NCBI GenBank assembly: GCA_963767925.1
Contig: CAVYGB010000008.1
Location: 2,432,001-2,496,000 of the forward strand
Direction: 5' to 3'
DNA from: an uncultured delta proteobacterium
GTDB lineage: Bacteria > Myxococcota_A > Polyangia > Fen-1088
DNA: 64,000 nucleotides
Part shown: piece by piece, positions 1 through 10,100 of the stretch
Numbering within the stretch: the stretch's first letter is position 1
Layout: each line of letters opens with the position of its first letter
The notes under the pieces: model-generated
What the model was told of the DNA's origin: nothing
Database searches by the model: none
What the model saw: only the letters and a program-made list of their open reading frames with translations
Program-made: the position numbers and the translations under genes

Positions 1-1159
1 GGATGCCGAGCGAGAAGATGGTCGGGAACATGATCGACATGAAGAAGAAGCTCAGGAAGAGCGCCCCCACCGAGACCCATCCCAGCCGCAGCACCATCAG
101 CCCCATCAACACGGCGTTGAGGAAGGCGTAGAGCGCCAGCGTGCGCTGGGCGCCGAAGGTGCGGACCACCATGGTGCCGCACAGCCGGCCCACGAAGAAC
201 AGCCCCAGGCCGCCCAGCCCGAAGAAGCGCGAGGCCCCCCGGTCGCTGACGAACCAGAGGCCCTCCTTCTCGAAGGTCCAGCCGTCGGGAAACAGGCCCG
301 CCATGCCGGCGCTCATCGGCGGCGCCTCGGCCACCAGGTAGTTGATGAACAGCGACCAGACCGCGATCTGGGCCCCGACGTAGAAGAACTGGGCCACCAC
401 CGCGAACACCAGGTGCCGGCGGCGCCAGAGCGAGCCTCCGGCGGCGGCCACCGACGCGGTCGGCTCCTTGACCTCGGGGACCTTGGAGAAGGCGAAGATG
501 ATGGCCAGCACCGTCACGACCCCGCCGATCAGGAAATACGGGAGGTAGAGGTTCTCGATGCTCGTGTCGGCCACCCCGGTGGCGGAGAGCAGGAAGCCGC
601 CGCCCACGATGGGGCCCAGCACCACCCCGAAGCCGTTGGCGCTCTGGGCGAGGTTGATCCGGGTGTGGGCCGCCTGGGGCGGTCCCAGCACGGTCGTGTA
701 GGGGTTGGCGACCGTCTCGAGACAGGCCAGGCCGCAGGCGATCACGAACAGCCCCAGCAGGAAGGCGGGATAGGTCGCCAGGTGGGTGGCCGGGTAGAAC
801 CAGAAGGACCCCAGCGCCACCAGGCTGAGCCCGATGATGATGCCCCCCTTGTAGCCGAAGCGGCGGGTCAACATGCCGGCCGGGATGGCCATGATCCCGT
901 ACCCGATGAAGGTGACGAACTGGACCAGGGTCGACCAGGCGATGCTCACCTGCAGGGCATCCTGGAACTTCTTGTTGAGCACCTCGAGCTGGCCGTTACA
1001 AAAGCCCCAGAGGGCGAACAGGGTGCTGACCAGCACGAAGGTGAACAGGTGGTTGCGGCCGTCCGCGGTGCGGAACATGTCCGAGAAGCGGACCTTGGCC
1101 TTGGGGGCGTCGGCCGCCTCGGCGGCGGAGGCATCGGCGGGCATCGAGATAGAGGGCAT
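1..1159 (-). CDS. fucP: MFS sugar:H+ symporter, L-fucose permease (FucP) family; 3' end runs off the window
   Basis: Manual translation from ATG at 1159 (AGGAGG upstream) gives FALWGFCNGQLEVLNKKFQ...RRFGYKGGIIIGL...CLETVANPYTTVLGP...RINLAQSANGFG...AQFFYVGAQ...MSIMFPTIFSLG, typical FucP motifs. Not in the ORF track because it has no stop in the window. Confidence 0.85.
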   Translation of the reverse strand, partial: MPSISMPADASAAEAADAPKAKVRFSDMFRTADGRNHLFTFVLVSTLFALWGFCNGQLEVLNKKFQDALQVSIAWSTLVQFVTFIGYGIMAIPAGMLTRRFGYKGGIIIGLSLVALGSFWFYPATHLATYPAFLLGLFVIACGLACLETVANPYTTVLGPPQAAHTRINLAQSANGFGVVLGPIVGGGFLLSATGVADTSIENLYLPYFLIGGVVTVLAIIFAFSKVPEVKEPTASVAAAGGSLWRRRHLVFAVVAQFFYVGAQIAVWSLFINYLVAEAPPMSAGMAGLFPDGWTFEKEGLWFVSDRGASRFFGLGGLGLFFVGRLCGTMVVRTFGAQRTLALYAFLNAVLMGLMVLRLGWVSVGALFLSFFFMSIMFPTIFSLGI

Positions 1160-1176
1160 CGTTTCCTCCTTGGTTG

Positions 1177-1965
1177 TCAGGATCGGCGCGTCTTCCGCCC
1201 GTACGCCAGCTCCGCCCCGCCACTCAGGATGTGATCGACTCCGGTGGTGAAGGTCGCCTCGGCGGCGAGGAAGAGACACAGGCGCCCGGCCTCGTCGATG
1301 GTCCCCATGCGACCGAGCAGCTGGGCGGCCTCGCCGTCGGCGCGGACGCGGGCCGGATCGGAGGAGGCGTCGATCGCCTCTTGCCACAGGGGGGTGTAGA
1401 TGTTTCCCGGGGAGACCGAGTTGACCCGCACCTCGTAGGCGGCCTCGTCGACGGCCAGGGCCTTCGAGAAGGCGGTGATGCCGCCCTTGCTGGCCACGTA
1501 GGTCGTGGCCTGGAGCTGGCCCATGATGCCGACCAGGCTCGACATGTTGATGATGTTGCCCTTGACCTTGCGCAGGTGGGGCAAGGCGAACTTGCAGGCC
1601 GCGAACATGCTGACCAGGTTGAGGTCGAGCAGGGAGCGGAAGTCCTCGATCGAGAAGTCGTCGATCGGCTTGTGGGGAGGGTGCCAGCCGGCGTTGTTGA
1701 TCAGACAGTCGAGGCGGCCGAACTTGCCGAGCGTGAAGTCGACCACCCGCTTGACGTCGTCGACCTTGGCCACGTCGGCGCGCACGAACACGGCCGAGCC
1801 GGGTCCCTTGCGGTTGACCTCGGCCTCGAACGCCTTCCCCTCCGCTTCGTTGCGCGAGCAGAAAACGACCTTGCCGCCCCCCTCCTCAACGAACACGCGG
1901 ACGCAACCGGCGCCGATGCCTTTGCTCCCGCCGGTGACAATCGTGACCTTGTCCCTATAGCGCAT
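1177..1965 (-). CDS. SDR oxidoreductase, HSD17B14-like (candidate L-fucose dehydrogenase)
   Basis: TGGSKGIG Rossmann motif, NNAG, catalytic YVASK, SPGNIYTPLW, C-terminal GGAELAYG. Start MRYRDKV at 1965 with GGAGAGGAG upstream. Confidence 0.85.
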   Translation of the reverse strand: MRYRDKVTIVTGGSKGIGAGCVRVFVEEGGGKVVFCSRNEAEGKAFEAEVNRKGPGSAVFVRADVAKVDDVKRVVDFTLGKFGRLDCLINNAGWHPPHKPIDDFSIEDFRSLLDLNLVSMFAACKFALPHLRKVKGNIINMSSLVGIMGQLQATTYVASKGGITAFSKALAVDEAAYEVRVNSVSPGNIYTPLWQEAIDASSDPARVRADGEAAQLLGRMGTIDEAGRLCLFLAAEATFTTGVDHILSGGAELAYGRKTRRS

Positions 1966-2064
1966 CGAGTCTCCTCTCCATCCAGGGGCGGACTGGGGGC
2001 GCATAATAGGACGCCCTCCCGGAGAGGGATAGCTTTTGGAAGCGAAACCGCAGCGACGGCGCGG

Positions 2065-3567
2065 TCAGCCGGAGGCGGCGCTGGCCGCGAAGGGGTGCTT
2101 GCGGCGGCGCTGGTATGCCTCGAGGTACAGGTTCTCGTACTCCGCCGCGGCACGTTCCCAGGAGAAGTCCTGCTCCATCGCCCGCCGGCGCATCTGCGCG
2201 ATGTGCTGCGGACGATCGTGGAAGGTCGACAGGGCCCAGCCCACGGTGTTGGCCAGCGAGTCGGGGTTCAGGTCCCCGAAGACGAAACCGGTACCACCGC
2301 CGGTCTGCTCGTCGTAGGTCATGCACGGTGTCGGCCAGCCCGCCGGTGGCGCGCACGATCGGCAGGGTCCCGTAACGCAGGCTGTACATCTGGTTGAGGC
2401 CACAGGGCTCGAAGCGCGACGGCATCAGGAAGAAGTCGGCGCCCGCCTCGATCCGGTGCGAGAGGCCGTCGTCGAACCCGATGAACGAGCGCAGCTTGTC
2501 GCCGCGACGCGCGGTCATGCTGGTGAAGAAGCGCTCCGCCTCGGGATCGCCCGAGCCGAGCACGACGATCTGCAGATCCCAGGCGAGCAGGCGCTCGAGG
2601 CTGAAGGCCAGGATGTCGAGCCCCTTCTGCGGGGTCAGCCGGCTGATCACGCCGAACAGCGGGACGTCGGGCCGCTCGGGCAGGCCCATCTCCCGCTGGA
2701 GCGCGGCCTTGCAGAGCTGCCTTGCTGGCCAGGGTCGTCGTCGATCGAAGCGCGCCGGCAGGATAGGGATCGCGCGCCGGGATTCCAGGTCGTCGGTGTC
2801 GATCCCGTTGAGGATCCCGCGCAGGTCGGCGCTGCGCGCGGACAGCACGCCGTCGAGGCCGAAGCCGAACTCCGAGGTCTGGATCTCCCGGGCGTAGGTC
2901 GGGCTCACCGTCGACAGCATCGAGCTGTGGACGAGGGCGGCCTTGAGCGGGATTGAAGTCGCCGAAGTGCTCGAACTCGGAGGGGTTGAAGTGCTCCCAG
3001 CCGAGGCCGGTGATGAAGTGCGCGCCCGCCGCCCTGGTTGCCCTGGTAGGCCAGGTTGTGCATGGTGAACACGCTGGCCGTCGCCGTGCAGCGGCTTGCC
3101 CCACTCGACCGTGTTCAGGTAGACGGGCAGCAGGGCGGTCTGCCAGTCGTTGGCGTGGGCGATGTCGGGCACCCAGCCCAGGGCCTTGGTCAGCTCGAGC
3201 GAGGCCCGGGACAGGAACACGAAGCGCTCGAGGTTGTCGCTGTAGGCCTGGCCGGGAGGACCGTAGACGAAGGGGCGATCGTAAGTACTGGTGGTGCTCG
3301 AGCAGGTAGACCGGCACGTCGCTGCCGGGCAAGGTGGCCAGCCGCACCCCGCGCCCGAGCGTTCCCGAAATACATCGGCACGTCCAGGACACCGTCGAGC
3401 CGTTCGAGGTCGTCCCAGCGCATGCCCTGGTAGAGCGGCATCACCACGCGCACGTCGATGCCCCGGCGGGCGAGGGCCTTGGGCAGGGCCCCGGCCACGT
3501 CGGCCAGCCCGCCGGTCTTGCGAAAGGGCGCGACCTCCGACGAGACGAAGAGGACTTTGAGTGGCAT
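2065..3567 (-). CDS. glgA: Glycogen synthase (GT5), multiply frameshifted in this sequence
   Basis: [72 protein letters not shown] and [15 protein letters not shown] are spread over several ORF frames. Confidence 0.9.
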
Positions 3568-3661
3568 GGCGCTGACCTGGCCGGGCGAGTGGCCGAGCAC
3601 CTTATCAGCCCGACGGGCGACCGAAGGCACGGTTTTTCAGCCGGATGCCGGGCGCCCGACT

Positions 3662-5260
3662 TCACGATCGCGTAGATGCGGTAGTCGACGTCGGGGAAGA
3701 TGTTGTCGGTGGCCTCGAGGCGCGCGAGCTGGGCCTCGTCGATGGTGTCGGCCCCGCGGCCACCTCGCTCGGCCAGCCGGTTGAAGCGGACCACGTGCTC
3801 GTTGAAGCGGCGGGTGGCGTAGGGGACGGTGGTCCCGGTCGACATGATGAAGGTCCAGTCGGAGGCCTGGGCCAGCATCAGCTCGCGCGCGGCCTGCTTG
3901 AGGGCCCGCACCACGATCGGGCCGCGAGTCGCCCCGATGCTGCTGGGCCAGCTCGACCATCCGCTCGGCGGCGGCGTGCAGGTGGCGGTAGGTCCAGGCG
4001 TTGGTCTCGTTGAGCCACTGCTCGTTGTAGCCCTTGAGCCCCCAGGAGGAGGCGGCCGGCGTGGCCCGCTGGTTGGTGGGGTGCCGGGCCAGGTAGTCGC
4101 CCGGCGTGATCGGCTCGAGGACCGACTGGTCGTAGTGGAGCTGGCGATACAGGTCGGAGAGGAAGGTCGGACCCTCGTACCACCAGTGGCCGAACAGCTC
4201 GGCGTCGTAGGGGCTGATGATGATGGGCGGGCGGTCCATGCCCCCGCGCAGGCGCTCGGCCTGCTTCTCCATGTTGCCCGCGGAAGTGCGAGGCGTGCAG
4301 GCCGGCCCGTGCCGCGGGCGGCGTCGGGCTCGTAGACCCACTTGTCGTGCAGCTTGTCGTGGGTGATGGCCTGGTACTTGAACCCGGTGTACATCCGGTG
4401 CCCCTCCGGATGCACGTGCGGGCCGATGTAGTCGAGCGGCAGATCGAAGCCGATGTCCCGGTAAAAATCCCGGTATTGCGGGTCGCCGGGGTAGCCGTGT
4501 CTTGGCGCTCCAGACCTGCTCCGACGACTCGGAGTCGCGGCCGAAGGCCGCCACGCCGGTCGGACAGTAGAGGGGCGCGTAGACGCCGAAGGCCGGGCGG
4601 CGATCGGCGATAGAGGATGGCGTGGGTGTCGACGAGGAAGTAGCGGACGGCCGCCTCGCGCAGCAGCTCGTCGACCCCGGGGACGTAGCCGCACTCGCCC
4701 AGCCACATGCCCAGCGAGGCGTGCCCGAAGTGCTTCTGGTAGAGGGTCGCCGCCGTCTGGACCTGGGCCCGCATGGCCGCCCAGTTGCGGTCCATGAGGG
4801 GGAAGAAGGGATGGGTGGCGGTCGAGGTGATGACCTCCAGGTAGCCGGCGTCCTGCAGCTTGCGGAAGGCCCCCACCAGGTCGCCGTCGTGGCAGCGCCA
4901 GGTGTGGCGCAGGCTGGCGAAGCGGTCCCGGTACATGTGGGCCAGCCGCTGGTAGTGCGGCTCGTGCCGGGTCCGCTCGATCTCCTTTTCGCCGAGCTCG
5001 ATCAGCGAATCGATGTGCTCGGCCGCGCGCAGCTTCAGCAGGTCGTCGGTCAACATCGTGATGAGCGGCGCCGACAGCGAGAGCGTGCAGCGGAAGGGCA
5101 CCCCGTCGGCGGCCAGACCCTCGAAGGTCTGCAGCAGCGGCAGGTAGGTGCCGACGATGGCCTCCTGGAGCCACCGCTCTTCCATGACGGTGGGATCTTC
5201 GGGGTGCCGCACGAACGGCAGGTGGGCGTGAAGGATCAGGGAAAAATATCCGGTCGCCAT
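3662..5260 (-). CDS. GH57 1,4-alpha-glucan branching enzyme (DUF1957 C-terminus), frameshifted; 3' end approximate
   Basis: LILHAHLPFVRHPE, GMWLGECGY, YRDFYRDIG, SPYDAELFGHWWYEGP, ARELMLAQASDWTFIM and DNIFPDVDYRIY lie in three frames. Confidence 0.88.
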
Positions 5261-5270
5261 GCCACCCTCC

Positions 5271-7070
5271 TCAGCGCTTGTCGGAAGCCACCGCCGGCCA
5301 GGCCGACCCGAACTGGTAGTCCGGCTCGGGGCTGCTGGCCACCAGGTTCTCGCTGGCCCCGCCCAGGCGGCGCTCGCTCCCGCCCAGCATGTGTTGCTCG
5401 CTGGCGCCCTGAAAGCGCCACTCGCTGGCCCCCTGGAGCATGCGCTCGCTGGCGCCCTGAAAGCGCCACTCGCTGGCCCCCTGCCAGCGGCGTTCACTCG
5501 CCCCCCGCAGCAGCCACTCGCTGGCCCCCTGAAACCAGCGCTCGCTGGCCCCGAGGAAGCGGATCTCGCTGGCCCCGATGGCGAAGCGTTCGGAGGCGCC
5601 CAGCAGGCGCAGCTCGCTGCCGGCGCGGCCCCAGCGCTCGCTGGCCCCGCCCATCAGCTCGGAGCTGCCAGGGTAGAGCTCGCCCGGATGGCGGTTCACC
5701 TCACGCCAGCCGCTGCTGGTCCAGCTCCGGTAGACCTCCCAGCGCGCCATCACCTGCTGCTCGGCGTGAGCGCCCACGCCGCGGATGACGACCTGCCAGG
5801 GTCCCCAGACCACGTGGGTGCGCCCGTTGGTCCGGAAGGTGCGGGCGGTGCCGGCGTAGGTCTCGCGCACCAGCCCGGGCAGCTCGACCGGGTAGCTGAA
5901 GGGCCCGGCCGACCAGGAGACGACCTCCCGATCGCCCTCCCAGGACCAGCCGTAGGTCATCTCCGGATAGAGCTCGGTGATGCCCCCTTCCTCCCAGGCG
6001 ATCCGCTCCTGGGACTCGCCGCCCTCGAGCGACAGGCGCCCCTCCCACAGCCGCCGGCGAACCCCGGCGATGACATCCTGACCGAGGGTCGCCCAGTCCG
6101 GCTGGCCACCGCCGCCGCCCGGGCCCGCTGCGCCGCCGGGATGGACGGGACCACCCCCGATCGGGCCGGCCGACCCGCCGGAGACCTCCCCCGTCGTCAC
6201 CCGCACCGTCGTCCACTCCGGTTCGCTGAGGGGGACCGGCTCGCGCCGGGGAAACTCCACCCGGCCCGAGCGGGCGATCTTCGTGAAGTATCCCTCGTGG
6301 GACTTCATCCCGATGTCGATCACGACGTGGGAGGTGGGCTTGCCCACCTGGAAGAACCACTGCCGATCGTCGCGCTCGATCCGGCTGTCGAAGTAGCCGT
6401 GGGCGTTGGTCCCGTCGAACAGGCGGCCGGTGACGTCGTACACCCGCAGCGAGAGCCAGGCCTCGGCGCCGGCCGGGCCGAGCCCGGCGCGGGCGCGGGC
6501 CACCGCCTCGTCGGTCACCTCCCAGTAGGCGTAGAGCATCTCCGGATCGACGGGCAGCGCGCTCACCCGATCCCGCCCGTAGCTCCAGGGGATGTGGGCC
6601 TCGGCCAGGGCCCTGATCCGGGCCGGGTCGACGTCGGGCGCCTGACCCATGTCGAACTTGTGCGCAGCGGTGGGCGGAGTCTCCAGCGTCTCCTCGGCGG
6701 GCCGAAACGGCCCCATCGGCATCGGCACCGATCGCAGCACCGACCCGTTGTCGGACGCCATGCGCGCGGCCCGGGCCTTGCGCTCCACCGCCACCCGCGA
6801 GGCCGCCGCCGGCATCGATTCGGTGGTGCCGTTGGAGGCGATCGCGCCCATGCGTTCGAGCGTCTCCCACACCCGCGCCAGCAGCGCCTGCTTGTTGAGG
6901 CGGGAGACCTTCGTCAGCCCGAGCAGGCGCGCGATGTCGAGCAGCTCGCGCTGGGTGACCTTCCAGAGTCCACTTGGACGGAGGCCCGCGAGCGCAGCGC
7001 CGTCTGGCAATCCCAGCACTCTGGCCACGCCCAGCAGGACACCCTCGTTCTCGGGATTCGGCCCTGACAT
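5271..7070 (-). CDS. DUF4912-domain protein with an N-terminal Rho-N-like helix pair and C-terminal GASE octapeptide repeats
   Basis: ELLDIARLLGLTKVSRLNKQALL (Rho-N-like); PWSYGRDRVSALPVDPEMLYAYWEV...LRVYDVTG...QWFFQV...IARSGRVEFPR (DUF4912). Lies 10 bp upstream of the GH57 gene. Confidence 0.8.
   Translation of the reverse strand: MSGPNPENEGVLLGVARVLGLPDGAALAGLRPSGLWKVTQRELLDIARLLGLTKVSRLNKQALLARVWETLERMGAIASNGTTESMPAAASRVAVERKARAARMASDNGSVLRSVPMPMGPFRPAEETLETPPTAAHKFDMGQAPDVDPARIRALAEAHIPWSYGRDRVSALPVDPEMLYAYWEVTDEAVARARAGLGPAGAEAWLSLRVYDVTGRLFDGTNAHGYFDSRIERDDRQWFFQVGKPTSHVVIDIGMKSHEGYFTKIARSGRVEFPRREPVPLSEPEWTTVRVTTGEVSGGSAGPIGGGPVHPGGAAGPGGGGGQPDWATLGQDVIAGVRRRLWEGRLSLEGGESQERIAWEEGGITELYPEMTYGWSWEGDREVVSWSAGPFSYPVELPGLVRETYAGTARTFRTNGRTHVVWGPWQVVIRGVGAHAEQQVMARWEVYRSWTSSGWREVNRHPGELYPGSSELMGGASERWGRAGSELRLLGASERFAIGASEIRFLGASERWFQGASEWLLRGASERRWQGASEWRFQGASERMLQGASEWRFQGASEQHMLGGSERRLGGASENLVASSPEPDYQFGSAWPAVASDKR
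5341..5670 (-). repeat. Coding tandem repeat, 24-bp period, about 14 units (G[AGS]SExxxx)
   Basis: ctcgctggc(c/g)cc recurs every 24 nt on the + strand; a 36-bp stretch is duplicated at about 5397 and 5445. Confidence 0.9.
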
Positions 7071-7193
7071 GCGGCCTACAATAGCTCCTTCCTGGAAAAG
7101 GTGCGTCGCTCGCACCCTCCAAATTCGGGGGCCAATCGAGGCCGTCTGTCCGCAGTGGACCGGGGGGCCGGGCGGAATATCCCGTATTTCAGG

Positions 7194-10100
7194 TCATACG
7201 CGCCGCTCGCCCATCTCGCGGAGGAAGTCGGCGGCGTCGCTCAGGCGCGGATCCTCCTGCAGGGCGCGCTTGGCGAAGATGACGGCCTTCGGCCGATCGC
7301 CCGTGCGCTGGGCGATCCGGGCCTGGCGCAGGTAGGCCATCGCCGGCGTGAGGCGCGCGTTCGCTGCGGGGGCCAGGGTCACCGCGCGCAGCGCTTTGAC
7401 CGCCAGGTCGATGTCGTTGGTCTCCTCGGCGAGATCGGCCAGCTCGGCGGCGACCGCCCCATCTTTCCGGTTTGTTTCGAACGCGCGTCGAAGCCACTCG
7501 AACCGGCTGGCCTGATCGCCCCGGGCCTGCGCGAGCTGGGCCATGCGGTGCTGCAGGCTCGCGAGCTCGGTGGACGAGAGATCGCGGGCCGCCTTCTTCA
7601 TGTGGGTCTGCAGGATCTCCTCGGCCTCGGCCAGGCGGCCGCCCGCCATGCAGACGTCGGCCAGCAACCAGGACAGCTCCCGATCGGTCGGCCGCAGCGC
7701 CACCGCCTGCTGGAGGGCGGCGGCGGCCCGGTCGAGGTCCCGCTCGCGCAGGAAGATCTCCCCCGCTTGCCGGAGGCTGCGGTACTGGACCTCGGGGTCG
7801 GCGTTGCGCTCGGCGGCCCACATCAGCAAGCTGGCCTGCTTGCGCCGGTCCTCGACCTTCTCGTAAAGGCCCAGCAGCTTCTCGAACAGCCAGGTCGAGC
7901 CGGGCTGCTGGCGCAGGGCCGACTCCAGCCCGGCGATGGCCGGCGCGGGTTGCCCCATCCGCTCGGACGCCTCGAGCAGCAGCTCGGCCGCCGAGATCTG
8001 CCCTTCGCCCTTCTCCGCTTCGATCAGGCGGAAGGTGCTCTCGACAACCGCGTCCCAGCGCCCGCCGGCCAGGTCGCGCGCCACCAGGGCGCGCAGGCTC
8101 TCCGAGTCCTCGGGGTGGCGGTAACACCAGTCGGCCAGCACCGCCCGCGCGTCCGCCTCCTCTCCACCCCGGATGAGGAAGTCGGCCAGGTGTCGCATGG
8201 CCCGGCGTTCGGCCGCCACGTCCCCCCGCTGCGCCGTGTTCGCCCGCCAGCGCTCCATGGCCGCGCGCAGGGCGGGTCTCAGCACCTCGCCACCGGCCCC
8301 GATGGCCGCCTCCCGATCCTGGACCGCCTTCTCGAACTGACCCTCCTTCTCGTACAGGTCGGCCCGGGTCTGCAGCAAGACCGCCCGCTGCGGGTCGTTC
8401 TCGGGCAGCTCGGCGATGGCCTGGGACAGCTCCTCGGCCGCCAGCCCGCCCTCCCCGACCGCGTCGAGGGACTGCACCAGGTCGGCCAGCAGGGCGGCGT
8501 CCTCGGGCGTGAAGCGGCGGGCCCGGCGCAGCAGCTCGGCGGCGTCGCGCGAGCGCCCCAGGTTGGCGCGACAAATCTCCGCCGCCTGCCGCAGCAGCCC
8601 CGCCCGTTCGCTGGGCCCCCCCCGGCGGTCCGACTCCTCGACGAGGGCCGAGGCCAGCCGATCCCAGGCGTGTCGCGCCCGGTAGAACTCGCACAGCTTG
8701 TCGAACACCTCGGGGCTGCCCCCGGCCCGCGCCACCCCCGTCTCCAGGGCTCGCTGCAGGCGCTCGTCGTCGCCCATGGCCTCCCAGAGGAGCCCGAGCT
8801 CGATGGCGATGCGCCCGGCCTCCGGCCCCGACTCGTTGCCGAGCAGGCGCTCGAGCACGACCGCCCGCTCGCGGGCGTCCTCCTGGGGGGCCAGCAGGCT
8901 GGCCAGCGCGCGCAGCACCTTGACGTCGTCGGGCGCGAGCAACAGGGCCTTGCGGTACACGTCCCGCGCCTCGCCCCTGGCCCCGGCGGCGAGGTGTCGA
9001 TCGCCGAGCCGGAGCGAGAGCGCCACCACCGCCCCGACGTCCCGCCGCCCCCGGGCGGCCTCGATCTCGCTCGCCAGGAGCTCGGTCAGCCCCGCCTCGT
9101 TGCCGCTAGCCTGATAGACGTCGGCCAGCAGCTCGATGGCCTCCTCCCGGGTGGGCTCGTCGAGCAGCACGTCGCGCAGGGTCTCCACCAGGGCCGGATC
9201 CTTACGATCCCGCGAGGCCAGGAAGCGCGCCCGCACCATGCGCACGGCGTTCCGCTCGGCCGGATCGAACAGCCGCTCGATGGTGGCGCGGGCGACCCGC
9301 TCGGTGCCGGCCACGTCCTGCAGGCCGATGTAGACCCGCAAGAGCGGCTCCCAGGAGCGCCGATCGGTCGGCTCCCGCTCCCAGAGCCGCTCGTAGACCC
9401 GCGCCGCCACCGCCGGCTCGACCCGGCCTTCCAGGGGCTGGCGGGCGATGTCCTGATAGATGCGCAGGGTGCGCACCGGATCGGCCAGCTCGCGGGCCTC
9501 CTCCAGGCAGGACACGGCCCCCGCGATGTCGCCCGAGACCCGCCGGGCCTCGGACAGCTCGAGCATGGCCCATTGCAGACCGTCGCGCTGGCCGGTCCCC
9601 CGCGCAAGATCGACCGCCCGCTCGAGCATGACCTGCGCTCGGCCGGTCTGCTCGCGGGCGGAAGCGAACTCGATCCCCTCCTTGACCTGCTCGAGCGTCG
9701 CGGTCGGCAGGGCCGCGCGCCGCTCGAAGAAGTCGAGCAACATCCCGTCGTCCTTCGAGGTGCGGGCCACGTGTTCGTAGAGCGGGAGCACGCGGGCCAG
9801 GTCGGCGTCGGCCACCTTGGCCTCGCGCACGATGGCGAAGGCCCGCTCGATGTCGCCCGACAGCTCGAGCGCCGAGGAGAGCGCCGCCAGCCCCTGCTCC
9901 AGGTTCTCGTTGCCCCCGAGCTGGACCTGGGCCAGGCGAAACAGCGCCTCCACCCGCATCTCGGCGGGGGCGCCCGGCTTGCCCAGCCGGGCCAGCAGCT
10001 TGATCGCCTTGGCCCGCTCGTCGCGGTCGCGGCGGGCCTCGGACAGGCCCACCAGGGCGTGGGCGGCGTGCACGGTGGCCACGCCCCCGTCGATCCCGAG

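Noticed and set aside
5341..5670. CRISPR-like alternation of constant and variable sequence
   Set aside because: The period is only 24 bp (12+12), it is in frame inside a CDS with synonymous variation, and no cas genes are present.
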